A stretch of 64,000 bases of DNA from an uncultured Gemmatimonadales bacterium (GTDB taxonomy: Bacteria; Gemmatimonadota; Gemmatimonadetes; Gemmatimonadales; GWC2-71-9): contig CAWJIM010000018.1 in NCBI GenBank assembly GCA_963842945.1, forward strand, positions 1 to 64,000, in the 5' to 3' direction. The position numbers and the translations under genes were made by a program. This document shows, in pieces, positions 32,851 through 42,769 of this stretch. Every line of letters starts with the position of its first letter. Within the stretch, counting starts at the first letter, position 1. The notes under the pieces are model-generated. The model worked only from the letters and a program-made list of their open reading frames with translations, made no database searches and was not told the DNA's origin.

Positions 32851-33335
32851 TGCTCGAGGTGCGCGAGCTTCGGGGAGACGACTGGCCTGCCGTGCGAGAG
32901 ATCTTCGAGCAGGGGATCGCAGGCAAGAACGCCACGTTCGAGACCGAGGCTCCCTCCTGGCACGTATGGAACCGCTCGCAGCTCGACGGCCACCGCTACG
33001 TGGCCGTCGAGGGCGGGCGAGTAGTCGGCTGGGTCGCGGCGCACCCGGTCTCGTCACGACCTTGCTACGCGGGCGTCGTCGAGCACAGCGTCTACGTCCA
33101 CGACGACTGGCAGGGGAAGGGAACCGGCCGCGCGCTCCTCGAGCGGCTCTTCGAGAGCACCGAGGCGGCCGGGATCTGGACGATCCAGACGGGGATCTTC
33201 CCGGAGAACGAGGCCAGCCTCGCGCTGCACGTGAAGTGCGGGTTCCGCGTCGTCGGGACGCAGGAACGGCTCGGACAGCTCGACGGCGTCTGGCGTGACG
33301 TCGTCGTCCTCGAACGACGGAGCAAGGAGATCTGA
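32850..33335 (+). CDS. GNAT N-acetyltransferase of the phosphinothricin/methionine-sulfoximine (Pat/YncA/ArsN-like) family
   Basis: Motifs ATFETEAP, EHSVYV, QGKGTGRALL and IFPENEASLALHVKCGFRVVG. Confidence 0.88.
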   Translation: MLEVRELRGDDWPAVREIFEQGIAGKNATFETEAPSWHVWNRSQLDGHRYVAVEGGRVVGWVAAHPVSSRPCYAGVVEHSVYVHDDWQGKGTGRALLERLFESTEAAGIWTIQTGIFPENEASLALHVKCGFRVVGTQERLGQLDGVWRDVVVLERRSKEI

Positions 33336-33336
33336 C

Positions 33337-33687
33337 ATGACCAAGGTGGAGGCAGTGGTCACCCGCGAGCGAGTCGAGATCGTGATCGATGCGGTCGAGA
33401 CCGAGACCGGGCATGTGGGCGTGACGGTGGTCGAGGCGATCGGCCACGGGCGCCAGAGGGGGGTCACGCATGAGTATCGCGGCCGCGTCTTCGAATCGCG
33501 CTTCCTCCCGAAGGCCCTCCTGACGTTCATCGTCGAGGACTCCCTCGCGACGGCCGTGGTCGCCGCGGTCACCGATGCGGCCCGCTCCGGACACGAGTCC
33601 GGTGACGGCATCGTCTGGACGACGCGCATCGAGAACGTGATGCACAACCGCACCGGCCTCTCGCTGGGCGAGGTGGAGGTCGCATGA
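33337..33687 (+). CDS. glnK: P-II family nitrogen regulator (divergent)
   Basis: Motifs KVEAVV, GHGRQRG...YRG...FLPK and GDG; immediately upstream of amtB. Confidence 0.85.
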   Translation: MTKVEAVVTRERVEIVIDAVETETGHVGVTVVEAIGHGRQRGVTHEYRGRVFESRFLPKALLTFIVEDSLATAVVAAVTDAARSGHESGDGIVWTTRIENVMHNRTGLSLGEVEVA

Positions 33688-35084
33688 GGAACGCCGACCT
33701 CCTCATCGCCGTCAACACGGTCTGGGTCGTGCTCGCGGCGGTGCTCGTGATGTTCATGCAGGCCGGGTTCGCGTTCCTCGAGGCGGGCCTGACGCGCATG
33801 AAGAACGCCGCGCACATCGCGGGCAAGAACGTCCTCATCTTCGGCGTCTGCTCGATCGTCTACTGGGCAGTCGGGTTCGGGCTCGCCTTCGGCGACGGCA
33901 ACTCGGTGATCGGAACGAGCGGCTTCTTCCCGTCGACGGACGAGCTCCTGTCGATCGGTGCTGCCCCGTTCAGCTTCTTCACCACGATCCCCGCTGCAGC
34001 GGGCTACCTGTTCGAGGTCGTGTTCGCCGGTGTCGCCCTCGCAATCGTCTGGGGCGCGATGGCCGAGCGGGCGAAGCTGTGGGTCTACATCGTCTTCGGC
34101 GCCTTCTTCACCGTCCTCTACTCGGTGGTCTCGCACTGGGTCTGGCACGCGGGCGGATGGCTCTTCTCGATCGGCATGCAGGACTTCGCAGGGTCGACGG
34201 TCGTCCACTACCAGGGCGCGCTGGCTGCACTGGCCGGCGCGCTCTTGCTCGGGCCTCGCATCGGCAAGTTCGGCCGCGACGGACGCGCGAACCCGATCCC
34301 CGGCCACAACATGCCGTACGCCGTCCTCGGGACGCTCATCCTCTGGTTCGGCTGGTTCGGGTTCAACCCCGGCTCGACGCTGGGCGTCGTCACGGGCGAG
34401 AACATCGGCTACTTCGGCTACGTGGCCCTGATCACGAACGTCGCGGCAGCCGCGGGAGCGCTCGGCGGGATCGGCGTGGCCTGGCTTGTCCTGCGCAAGC
34501 CGGACGTCTCGATGATGCTGAACGGCGTCATCGCGGCGCTGGTCGCCATCACGGCAGCCTCAGGCTTCGTTGCGCCGTGGGCGGGGGTCGTGATCGGCGC
34601 CGTCGCCGGCGCGATCGCAGTCGTGGGCGTCCTCGGGGTCGAGCGGCTTGGGATCGACGACCCGATCGGCGCAGTCGCCGTCCACGGGATGGCCGGAGTG
34701 TGGGGAACGCTCGCCACCGGCCTCTTCGCGGTGCCCTCGCTCGCGTCCAATCTCGCGACCGGGACGGGCGGGCTCGTCTACACCGGGAGCTTCCACCAGC
34801 TCGGCGTGCAGGCGGTCGGGCTCGTCGCTGTCGGAGCTTTCACCTTCACGGCTTGCTTCGGCTGCCTTTGGGCGTTGAAGGCGCTTTGGGGGATCCGGGT
34901 CGAGGAGCACGTCGAGACCGCGGGCCTGGACGTCGCCGAGCACGGAATGTGGGGCTACCCCGAGTTCTACATCCCGGTCCCGGGTGGTTATGGAACCGAG
35001 TCGCACTCACACTTGATCGGCCGGCAGCACAAGCACGAGACCGAAGCGGAGCTCACGCCCGAGCCCGCGAAGGAAGCCGCCTAG
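33684..35084 (+). CDS. amtB: Ammonium transporter
   Basis: Motifs FMQAGFAFLEAG, GAMAER, DFAGSTVVH, LWFGWFGFN and DDPIGAVAVHG. Confidence 0.96.
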   Translation: MRNADLLIAVNTVWVVLAAVLVMFMQAGFAFLEAGLTRMKNAAHIAGKNVLIFGVCSIVYWAVGFGLAFGDGNSVIGTSGFFPSTDELLSIGAAPFSFFTTIPAAAGYLFEVVFAGVALAIVWGAMAERAKLWVYIVFGAFFTVLYSVVSHWVWHAGGWLFSIGMQDFAGSTVVHYQGALAALAGALLLGPRIGKFGRDGRANPIPGHNMPYAVLGTLILWFGWFGFNPGSTLGVVTGENIGYFGYVALITNVAAAAGALGGIGVAWLVLRKPDVSMMLNGVIAALVAITAASGFVAPWAGVVIGAVAGAIAVVGVLGVERLGIDDPIGAVAVHGMAGVWGTLATGLFAVPSLASNLATGTGGLVYTGSFHQLGVQAVGLVAVGAFTFTACFGCLWALKALWGIRVEEHVETAGLDVAEHGMWGYPEFYIPVPGGYGTESHSHLIGRQHKHETEAELTPEPAKEAA

Positions 35085-35934
35085 GTCGCTCCTTCGAAGG
35101 AGCGAAGCGCATCTGCTCCCGCGGCCAGCCAGCGGCGCGCCCGGTTCACGTTCGGGCCATCCGGCGCGAGAGCGACGGTGTCGGATTGCAGCTCGGTCAG
35201 GACGAGCAGCGCGCGCCGCGGGTCTGGCTCCGAGAGAGCGCTCCTCGATTCGCCCCGCAAGCCGGTCGGGCTTCACGGCGAGCGGCGCTACACGGGCCGC
35301 CAGGCGCTTGTGCGTCGGCTGCCAGACCCGGTTCAGCGCATAGACGATCTGGAGGACTCGCGACGCGTCGTCGACCATCCGCTCCAGGCGTGAGAGCCGC
35401 TCGCCGGGACGAGCGATGGTGAGCAGTCCCTCCGGAGCGAAACCGCCCCAGGTCAGAGCAGCGTCCTCGATCTGCGCCCTGGCAAGCTCCTCCGGATAGT
35501 CGCCGAGCCGGGCTTGCCACCGCGACAACGAGCCGGAGGTCCGCAGCGGCAAGCCGTTGGCGATCGCGTCGGCCGCGGACGACGGGCCGCCGAGGAGGAT
35601 CGCGTCGACGGTCGGACTCCGCGTGCTCGCGCGACCACCAGACGAGCTCGAGAGGCACGCCCTCACGCCGGCCGGAAACACGCTGGGTCGGCCCGCCCTG
35701 CTCGCCCCAGGTATCGAGCTCTTCGAGCCCCGCAGCGGCCGAGCGTGGTCGAAGCAAGCAGCGAGCTCGAGTGGCTCCGGCGTGACGATCAGCATCTCGA
35801 TGTCGGAGATCTCGTCGGCGACGCCGCGCGAAACGCTGCCGGTGAGCACGACCTCCTCCGCCACCTCGCGCGGAAGCGCATCCGCGACGCGCTGGGCGAG
35901 ATCCTGCAGCTCTTCGGCTCGGCTCCGTCGCCAC
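35081..35934 (-). CDS. Pol-beta-like nucleotidyltransferase-domain protein; frameshifts
   Basis: LTGSVSRGVADEISDIE motif (GS-x10-DxE). Confidence 0.7.
35086..35105. terminator. 20-bp perfect palindrome just after the amtB stop (possible terminator hairpin)
   Basis: TCGCTCCTTCGAAGGAGCGA at the convergent junction; no U-tract. Confidence 0.4.
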
Positions 35935-35958
35935 GACGGAAGTCTTCCGGACCCGAAG

Positions 35959-36312
35959 CTAGTCCTGCCGAGGATCGAGTTGATCGGCGAGCTCTCCGGC
36001 CTCGCCGAGCTTCTCGACGAGCTCGTACCGCGCACCTTCGCCATCGGTCTCGACCACGCGCTCCACGTCCGAGTAGACGTGGCCCGGCCTGACCAGGAAG
36101 TGCGTCGACGTGTCACGGATGTGCTCGTACTCCTCGAGCGTGAGTGAAATGCTCTCGGTGCACCCCGTATCCGCGCACTCGCAAGAGAACACGTGAAAGG
36201 TCGAGGTCTCGTCGCGTGACACGGCCTCGATCTTCTCGTTGACCTCACGGAAGAGGCTCTGATTCCGAGCCGCGCGCTCGTGCCGGTCTTGAGCTGTCCG
36301 TTGCACCCTCAC
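35959..36312 (-). CDS. Hypothetical Cys/His-containing protein
   Basis: RAARNQSLFREVNE...CECADTGC...PGH...VEK; clean ORF. Confidence 0.7.
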   Translation of the reverse strand: MRVQRTAQDRHERAARNQSLFREVNEKIEAVSRDETSTFHVFSCECADTGCTESISLTLEEYEHIRDTSTHFLVRPGHVYSDVERVVETDGEGARYELVEKLGEAGELADQLDPRQD

Positions 36313-36446
36313 GTCCTCGCTAGCACGTCGATGATTTGGCTAAACGAGGAGGAGGCCGCAGCTCGTCTGCCGTCGATGGTAACACCACTCCGGTTTGGCA
36401 TCTATCCCCGAGAAGGACTGGTCAGCGGCCTGAGAGGGGGGCGCGA

Positions 36447-37218
36447 CTACAGCTTCTTGAACGTGACGCTCACCCGGCGGGTGACGTCGTCGGTGCAGCT
36501 CGTGTCGCCTCCGCACTCGGGGTACGACGTGACCTTGTGGCTCGTGCCGGTGACGATCAGCGTCCTGCGGCGCGCCACGGTCGCGATGCTGGGCATCTTC
36601 ATGAGGAGCTCACCGAGGCGGGTTCCGCCAGCGAGCCGCTCGGTGAAGAGCTCGCTCTGGCCGAGATGGCACTCACCTTGCCGAGAGGCGAACTGGAAGC
36701 CGGCCACGTCTGCTTGGAGAAAGCGGCGGTTGTAACCCGAGATGCGGCTCACGGCGCGGCGCGGGATCGCGAACGTGCCGCAGCCGGCCTTACCGATCGG
36801 CTCGCAGTCGCCGCTGTCGGGCTCCGGAGGGTTCTGCGTCGTGTTGTCGACGAGCGTGATCGTGCCCTTGGCCGGCTGCCACCCGATGTCGCGGATGCCC
36901 CCTCCGCCCGGGACCGGGAATACCGACGACCCAGCTTCCCGGCTTCCCGGGGATGTTGCCGGCGGCCCACGGGTGATAGATCAGCTTCACGAGCTTCGTC
37001 TTCACGAACTGGAACTTGAGCGTCATGGTCCCCCCGCCGGTGACATGGCAAGGCTCGGAATCGGTGACCGTCCACCGATCGACGAGCTCCCCGCTCACCA
37101 CCGTCAGGCGATGGCTGTAGCCCCGGCCCTCGGTGGCAGCGTCGGAGGAAGGCAGGACGCTGGCCGCGCCCGCGATGCTCAAAAGCAGTAGAGCAATCGC
37201 AATGCGGACGCGGACCAT
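36447..37218 (-). CDS. Hypothetical secreted protein; frameshift near 36900
   Basis: Signal peptide MVRVRIAIALLLLSIAGAAS; continues in the 36447..36752 frame; several Cys residues. Confidence 0.6.
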
Positions 37219-37254
37219 GTCGACCAGCCTCGCACAAAGACCCGGCGGCTGCGT

Positions 37255-37965
37255 TTACGCGATGGCAAATGTCACTGTCACGCTCGCCTGGACGTCCTGC
37301 GTCCCAGGCTCGATCGGCGCGGCCTTGTCGAGGACGGCCCGCTCTGCTCCGCCTGCGTAGTAGGGCTCCGGGCCGCCGCTGAAGCCTTCCGTGATCGCCG
37401 TCACCGAGCCGAGCCGTACCCCGGCCGCGCCTGCGAGCGCTTCGGCCTTCTTGCGCGCATCGGCGACCGCGTCGCGGAGCGCCTTCGCCTGGAGCTTGTC
37501 CTGATTCGAGCGCGTCAGCGAGGGGCCGTAGACCTCGTTCGCCCCGGCGTTCGACGCTGCGTCGAGCACCGCCCCGGCTCTGGACAGGTTGTCGATCTTG
37601 ACCGAGACCGAGTTCCTGGCCATGTAGCCCTCGATCCGGCCCTCGTCCGCGTAGGAAGGTGACACCGAGACGTCCTGCGTCTTGATGTCGCCGCGGTCGA
37701 CACCGGCCGATTTCAGAGCTGCGATCACCCTGTTCATCTGGTCCGAGTTGGAGGCAAGCGCCTCGCGGGCCGTCGAGCCCTCGCTCTGGACTCCAACCGT
37801 GAACGTGGCCTCGTTCGGCACGGAGGTGACGGTCCCGACGCCGGTGACTGTGATGCCGCCTGCCGGCTTCGAGGCGCCACCGGCTGTCTCTGGACGGCCA
37901 ACGCCGGCGAGAGCGACGACCGCGGCGCCGACCGCGACGAGGACTGCAATTCGGATCAGTTTCAT
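37255..37965 (-). CDS. SIMPL (DUF541/YggE) domain protein
   Basis: Motifs ITVTGVG, LKSAGV...DIKT, ARKKAEALA and PIEPGTQDVQASVTVTF. Confidence 0.9.
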   Translation of the reverse strand: MKLIRIAVLVAVGAAVVALAGVGRPETAGGASKPAGGITVTGVGTVTSVPNEATFTVGVQSEGSTAREALASNSDQMNRVIAALKSAGVDRGDIKTQDVSVSPSYADEGRIEGYMARNSVSVKIDNLSRAGAVLDAASNAGANEVYGPSLTRSNQDKLQAKALRDAVADARKKAEALAGAAGVRLGSVTAITEGFSGGPEPYYAGGAERAVLDKAAPIEPGTQDVQASVTVTFAIA

Positions 37966-38031
37966 GATCTTGCTCCTTTGAAGGGTTCGACTAGATACGG
38001 CGCCGCGTCGGCTTCCCGTCACAATCGCGGC

Positions 38032-38754
38032 GTGCGCTACCAATTCGTCGACTGCCGCTGGCAGCTCGGAAGCCCCGACCGCGGGCGGGAGCTCTACCTC
38101 GCCGACCACATCCCCGGTGCCTCGTTCCTGGACGTCGACCAGGACCTGTCGGCTGCCCCCGGCGAGCGTGGGCGACACCCACTTCCAGACTCCGACGACT
38201 TCGCCGCCGCCGCCTCGCGAGCCGGGATCGGGGAGGGGGTCTTCGTCGTCGCCTACGGGCCGCTGGGCGGCGGGGAGCGCCTCTGGTGGCTGCTCCGGCA
38301 CTTCGGTCACGAGGATGTAGCCGTCCTCCGTGGCGGCATCGAGGCCTGGCGCGGGCCACTGCGCAAGGGCGAGGAAGAGGTCGAGCCCGCGCGATTCGAG
38401 CCGCGTCTGCGCGAGGGCGACACGATCGAGGCCGCAGAGCTCGCCGAGCGGCTCGAGGATCCGGCGCTGCTCGTCCTCGACGCCCGTGTCCCGGAGCGCT
38501 TCCGCGGCGAGCCCAACCCGATCGACAAGGTGCCGGGCCGGATCCCCGGTGCGCGGAATCTGCCCTTCACGTCCGAAGATGCGATCCCAGACGAGGTCCT
38601 CGCCGCGGAGGAGATCGCCGTCTACTGCGGGTCGGGCGTCACCGCCTGCGTGCCGTTGTTTGCGCTCGCCGAGGCCGGCCGCCCCGACGCAAAGCTCTAC
38701 CCGGGCTCGTGGAGCGAGTGGGAGGGCCTAGGTTTGCCCGTCGAGCGCGGGTAG
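38032..38754 (+). CDS. Tandem rhodanese sulfurtransferase (SseA-like)
   Basis: Motifs HIPGA, GRHPLP, GRIPGA, YCGSGVTAC and YPGSWSEW. Confidence 0.92.
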   Translation: MRYQFVDCRWQLGSPDRGRELYLADHIPGASFLDVDQDLSAAPGERGRHPLPDSDDFAAAASRAGIGEGVFVVAYGPLGGGERLWWLLRHFGHEDVAVLRGGIEAWRGPLRKGEEEVEPARFEPRLREGDTIEAAELAERLEDPALLVLDARVPERFRGEPNPIDKVPGRIPGARNLPFTSEDAIPDEVLAAEEIAVYCGSGVTACVPLFALAEAGRPDAKLYPGSWSEWEGLGLPVERG

Positions 38755-39240
38755 GTAGGGGCGCCAGCCGTGTGGGATCTTTGGAGCCGCCAGGCGGATG
38801 AAGAGAACGGGCTGCGGTGGGCGCGGCTGGTGGACGAGCGTCATCGCAGCCTCTTCGAGCGACCGGTTTCCCTTGCGTAAGTTGCACGGCGAGCACGAGG
38901 TGACGACGTTCTCCCAGACCGAGTCGCCGCCGCGGCTGCGAGGGACGACGTGGTCGAGCGTGAGCCGACCGCTCGTGGTGCCGCAGTAGACGCAGCGCCA
39001 GCCGTCGCGGGCGAAGAGCGCCCGGCGGGAGATCTTGCGCTGGACGGCGCGCGGCACCCGCACGTACTGGACAAGCCTGATCACGTGCGGCCAGGGGTAG
39101 GTGTCGCTCGCCGAGCGGAGCGGCTGGTTGAGCTCCTCGAGCACCTCCGCCTTGCCCTTGAAGACGAGCACGTGGGCCCGCCTCACCGACGTGACGTTCA
39201 GGGGCTCGTAGCTCGCGTTGAGCACCAGGACCTGCGTCAT
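38728..39240 (-). CDS. HNH endonuclease (McrA-like, conserved type)
   Basis: Motifs VLVLNASYEPL, RDGWRCVYCG, TLDHVVPRSRGG and CSPCNLRKGN. Confidence 0.92.
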   Translation of the reverse strand: MTQVLVLNASYEPLNVTSVRRAHVLVFKGKAEVLEELNQPLRSASDTYPWPHVIRLVQYVRVPRAVQRKISRRALFARDGWRCVYCGTTSGRLTLDHVVPRSRGGDSVWENVVTSCSPCNLRKGNRSLEEAAMTLVHQPRPPQPVLFIRLAAPKIPHGWRPYLPALDGQT

Positions 39241-39301
39241 GACACAAAAAATGTAGCGACTCGCGCGCAAATCACGGCATCGCTTCTAGGATTTCCCCTC
39301 G

Positions 39302-39778
39302 ATGGACCTCTCTGCGGCTGCCTGGATTGCCGTCGGCGCGGCCTGCGTGGCCGGGGCGGCGCTTGCGGTGTCCGTCTATCTCGCCCTCCAGATCCGGCGA
39401 GTTCGCGCGGCCCAGCTCGTCCTGCTCGGCGGAGGCAAGGCCGACCTCGTCGACTTCGCGGTCTCGCTGCAGGCCCGCATCGACGACCTGCATCGAGCCG
39501 TGGACGAGGTCGCGGCCGCTCTCGCCCGGGTCGATCGGCGAGTCGACGGGTCGGTCACGAACACCTCGCTCGTCCGCTACGACGCGTACGAGGGTGCAGG
39601 CGGGCACCAGTCGGCCTCGATCGCACTGCTCGACGCCGGCCGCTCCGGAATCGTCGTCAGCGCGATCCAGGGACGCGACTACGCGAGGATCTACGTGAAG
39701 GAGCTCGATCGCGGACAGCCGAACGTCGGGCTCTCGCCCGAGGAGCAGGAGGCTGTCGAAAAGGCGATGGCGGGCTAG
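39302..39778 (+). CDS. DUF4446-family membrane-anchored protein
   Basis: N-terminal TM helix; LVRYDAY...GGHQSASIALLD...RIYVK...LSPEEQEAV. Confidence 0.82.
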   Translation: MDLSAAAWIAVGAACVAGAALAVSVYLALQIRRVRAAQLVLLGGGKADLVDFAVSLQARIDDLHRAVDEVAAALARVDRRVDGSVTNTSLVRYDAYEGAGGHQSASIALLDAGRSGIVVSAIQGRDYARIYVKELDRGQPNVGLSPEEQEAVEKAMAG

Positions 39779-39782
39779 ACGC

Positions 39783-40902
39783 CTAGCCGACCGAGAACTG
39801 CACCGGATAGCTGGCGGTGTTGTTGTCGACGCTCTGCTCCTGGGGCACGGGGTCGACCTCGATCGGTCAGCGACGTCCGCTGGTCGAAGCGCGGCAACGT
39901 GATGTCCCGGAACTCGACGGTCGTCTCGTCGCCGGAGTTGAGCAGCGCGATCGTCGCCTGCTTGGTGATCGGCTGAGTCTGCTGGATCGTGAGCCTCACC
40001 TTGAGGCCGACTTCCTGCGCGCAACCGGAGTTCTCGACCAGGACGGCGAACCCGAGATCAGTCGATGCCTGAATGGTGTTCGTCTCGTCCGCCGAGAGCT
40101 CCCGGCCGGATGGAAGCACCTTCGTCGAAACGATGCCCGTGCCCCGTGGAGTGCACGTCGGACTGCCGGTTTCCGTACCGTGAATCCGCTGCCAGACCGC
40201 CTTCATCGAGGCTGTCGTCGCGATGTCGGCGTTCGGGAGGAAGGTCGAATCCGGCACGTTGACGCCCGTGATGCTGAGGTTCTGGAGCTCTTTGATCGTC
40301 GGATCCTTGAACAGGTCCTCCCAGATGACGTCGCTCGCCACGAAGCGATTCATCTGCTGCCCGAGCAGCGGCCCGGCCTGATTTGCGTTCGTCGAGGCGG
40401 CCGTGCTCTTGAAGGCGTCGGTCATCCCTTTCAGGCCCTCGAAGCGGAGGTCGAACGAGTCGAGCATGTGCGCGTGCTGAGCTCGCAGCCGGCCGGGCGG
40501 TTCGAGCCCTCGCGCCTGGGTTGCGATCTGGTTCTGCTGATCCGCGAGCCCCGAGAGCTCGTTCTCGACATCCGATTCCTTGGTGCCACGCGTCGTGAGA
40601 AGCGTGTTGAACTGCCTGCCAAGCTGCTCGGAGCGCGTCGCGTAGCCGGAGACGTCCTGGACGTAGTCCCGGTAGGCGTCCTTGCGCTGGTCCTCGCGAC
40701 AGCCGTTCACCCAGAGGATGAGCAGGAGCACGATCAGGATGGCGAAGCTGATCAGGCCGACGAGGCGCAGAAGCGGCGTGAGCCCGGTTGGTGGCCGGAC
40801 GGGAGGGCGAGGCCCTCGGCGACGCGGCCGTTCTTCGGCTGATTCTCGGGTGTCCGACTCCTCGAAGAAGTCGAACTCGATGTCGCTCTCGCGGTCGCTC
40901 AT
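39783..40902 (-). CDS. Hypothetical single-TM protein with a C-terminal CARDB/Ig-like domain; frameshift near 39870
   Basis: TM helix LVGLISFAILIVLLLILWV; helical middle; tail VENSG...EVDPVPQEQSVDNN. Confidence 0.7.
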
Positions 40903-40994
40903 CAGGAGTCGGCAGGGCTAGGAGCCGGGTCACCTTATCGCGTTCCCCGGCTAGTGCAGGAGTTTTGGCGGCGGACGCCAAATCGGAGCGGCGA

Positions 40995-42743
40995 ATGTCG
41001 AGCGCCGTCGAACCCATGGACCCGAGCGGCCTCGTCCTGGGCCGTTACCGCCCCCTGCGGCCCCTCGGGAGCGGCGGCTCGGGCACCGTCTGGCTCGCGC
41101 GCGACGAGACCTCCGGCCTCGAGGTCGCCCTCAAGATCATCGCCAAGGAGGGAAGGGCAGCCCCGCGCGCGGAGCGGGAGGCCGAGGCTGCGACCCGTCT
41201 GCGCCATCCCCACTGCCTTCGCGCGTACGGCCTCGAATCGGACGACAAGCATCTGTACATCCCGTACGAGTACGTGCCGGGATCGACTCTCCGTCAGGCC
41301 CTGCGCACGGGCGAGCTCGGGGACGACGGCGCCGTCGAGGCGGCCGCCCAGATCCTCGAGGGCCTTGCCTTTGCCCACGCGCGCGGGATCGTCCACCGTG
41401 ACGTCAAGCCCTCGAACGTGCTCGTCACCGACGAGGAGCACGTCTCGGTACGGCTGTTCGACTTCGGCCTCGCCCAGCTCGCCGATGCGGAGACGCTCAC
41501 CGCCGTCGGCGACGTCCCGGGAACGCTCGCCTACATCTCTCCCGAGCGTCTGCTGGGCGAGCAGGCGGGGCCGCCGGCCGACATCTGGGCCGTGGGCGTC
41601 CTGCTGTGGGAGGCGCTTTCGGGGCATCACCCGTTCTGGCGCGCATCACCGCTCGAGACCGGAGAGGTGATCAAGGCCGGGGCTCCTTCGATCGGAGAGG
41701 CGCGGCCCGACCTTCCCGAGCCCCTCATCGCCGCCGTCGACGCCGCGCTATCGGTCGATCCGGCTCTGAGACCCTCCGCGGCGCGACTCTCGAAGACGTT
41801 GCGGGCCGCCTGGCTGGAACGGATGCCAAGCCGTGCTCGGCCGAAGACGAACGTCAAGATCGATCCGAGGCGCTTGCTCGCGCGGAGCGCCGCTCCCGCC
41901 TTGGCAGCGCTCTCGGCGGGCTGGGTGGCCGCCGCGCTTCCCTTCTATCCGGCCAGATGGCCGCTCCTGCTCGCCGCGGTCGCCGCAGCGCTCACGGCCT
42001 GGCGCGCGAGGCTCGGGCTTGCGTTCACGCTGGCGGTGCCTCTGTTTCCGCTCGGCAACGTGTCGCTCGGGCTCGCTTCGGCCTTCGCGGGGCTGGCAAT
42101 CGTGTGGCTCGCGCTGATGTGGGGCGACGCGCGGCGCGGGCTCCTCTTCGGGTCCGGGATCGTTCTCGGCGCACTCGGCCTGCTGGGGCTGATTCCACTT
42201 CTGGTGATGCACGTTGCGAGCACGGTGCGGCGCATGGCGCTCGCGCTCGTCACGGTGCTCCTGGCGGGCGCCGTCGCCGGCATCCACGGGTCGGCGATCC
42301 CGTTCGGCGGCAAGGAAGCGGCTGCTCTCGGCGTCGCCGGCAGCGAGCATCCGGTCGCGGTTCTCGAAGCGGTCTGGCAGTGGCTCCTGCAGAACCCGGC
42401 TCTGGGTGTGGAAGCGCTGATCCTCGCCGCGGCTGCCGGGGCGCTCCCCCATGTGACACGAAGAGCCGACCTCTCGATCGCGACCTTCGCGGCCCTGTTG
42501 CTGGGAGCAACCCTGCTCGCGGCCCCGCGCGCCGGAGCAGTGGCGCTCGTCTTCACGGGCTGGCTCACGTATCTCGCTCTCACCGTCCAGTCGCGGCGGC
42601 TCCCCGAGCGAGCCGTCGCGCCGCGCCGTCTCGGCGCATATCTGACACAGACAGGCGCGCTCTTCCTCGATAGGCTCAAAGCGGCGGGTGGTCAGCGGTG
42701 GCCCCGCGTACAAGGGCGATTCAGGCAGGCAGGCGCTCGGTAA
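40995..42743 (+). CDS. Hanks-type Ser/Thr kinase with a multi-pass membrane C-terminus
   Basis: Motifs LGSGGSG, VALK, HRDVKPSN, DFG and YISPE; many hydrophobic helices follow. Confidence 0.9.
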   Translation: MSSAVEPMDPSGLVLGRYRPLRPLGSGGSGTVWLARDETSGLEVALKIIAKEGRAAPRAEREAEAATRLRHPHCLRAYGLESDDKHLYIPYEYVPGSTLRQALRTGELGDDGAVEAAAQILEGLAFAHARGIVHRDVKPSNVLVTDEEHVSVRLFDFGLAQLADAETLTAVGDVPGTLAYISPERLLGEQAGPPADIWAVGVLLWEALSGHHPFWRASPLETGEVIKAGAPSIGEARPDLPEPLIAAVDAALSVDPALRPSAARLSKTLRAAWLERMPSRARPKTNVKIDPRRLLARSAAPALAALSAGWVAAALPFYPARWPLLLAAVAAALTAWRARLGLAFTLAVPLFPLGNVSLGLASAFAGLAIVWLALMWGDARRGLLFGSGIVLGALGLLGLIPLLVMHVASTVRRMALALVTVLLAGAVAGIHGSAIPFGGKEAAALGVAGSEHPVAVLEAVWQWLLQNPALGVEALILAAAAGALPHVTRRADLSIATFAALLLGATLLAAPRAGAVALVFTGWLTYLALTVQSRRLPERAVAPRRLGAYLTQTGALFLDRLKAAGGQRWPRVQGRFRQAGAR

Positions 42744-42769
42744 ACTCGCCGGCGGGGTAGGACCCGCCC

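Noticed and set aside
35081..35934. Nucleotidyltransferase as a GlnD substitute
   Set aside because: It is convergent to the operon, has no HD or ACT domains, and the PII lacks Tyr51.
38728..39240. HNH nuclease as a defence system or mobile element
   Set aside because: It is a stand-alone, widely conserved type with no partner genes or element ends.
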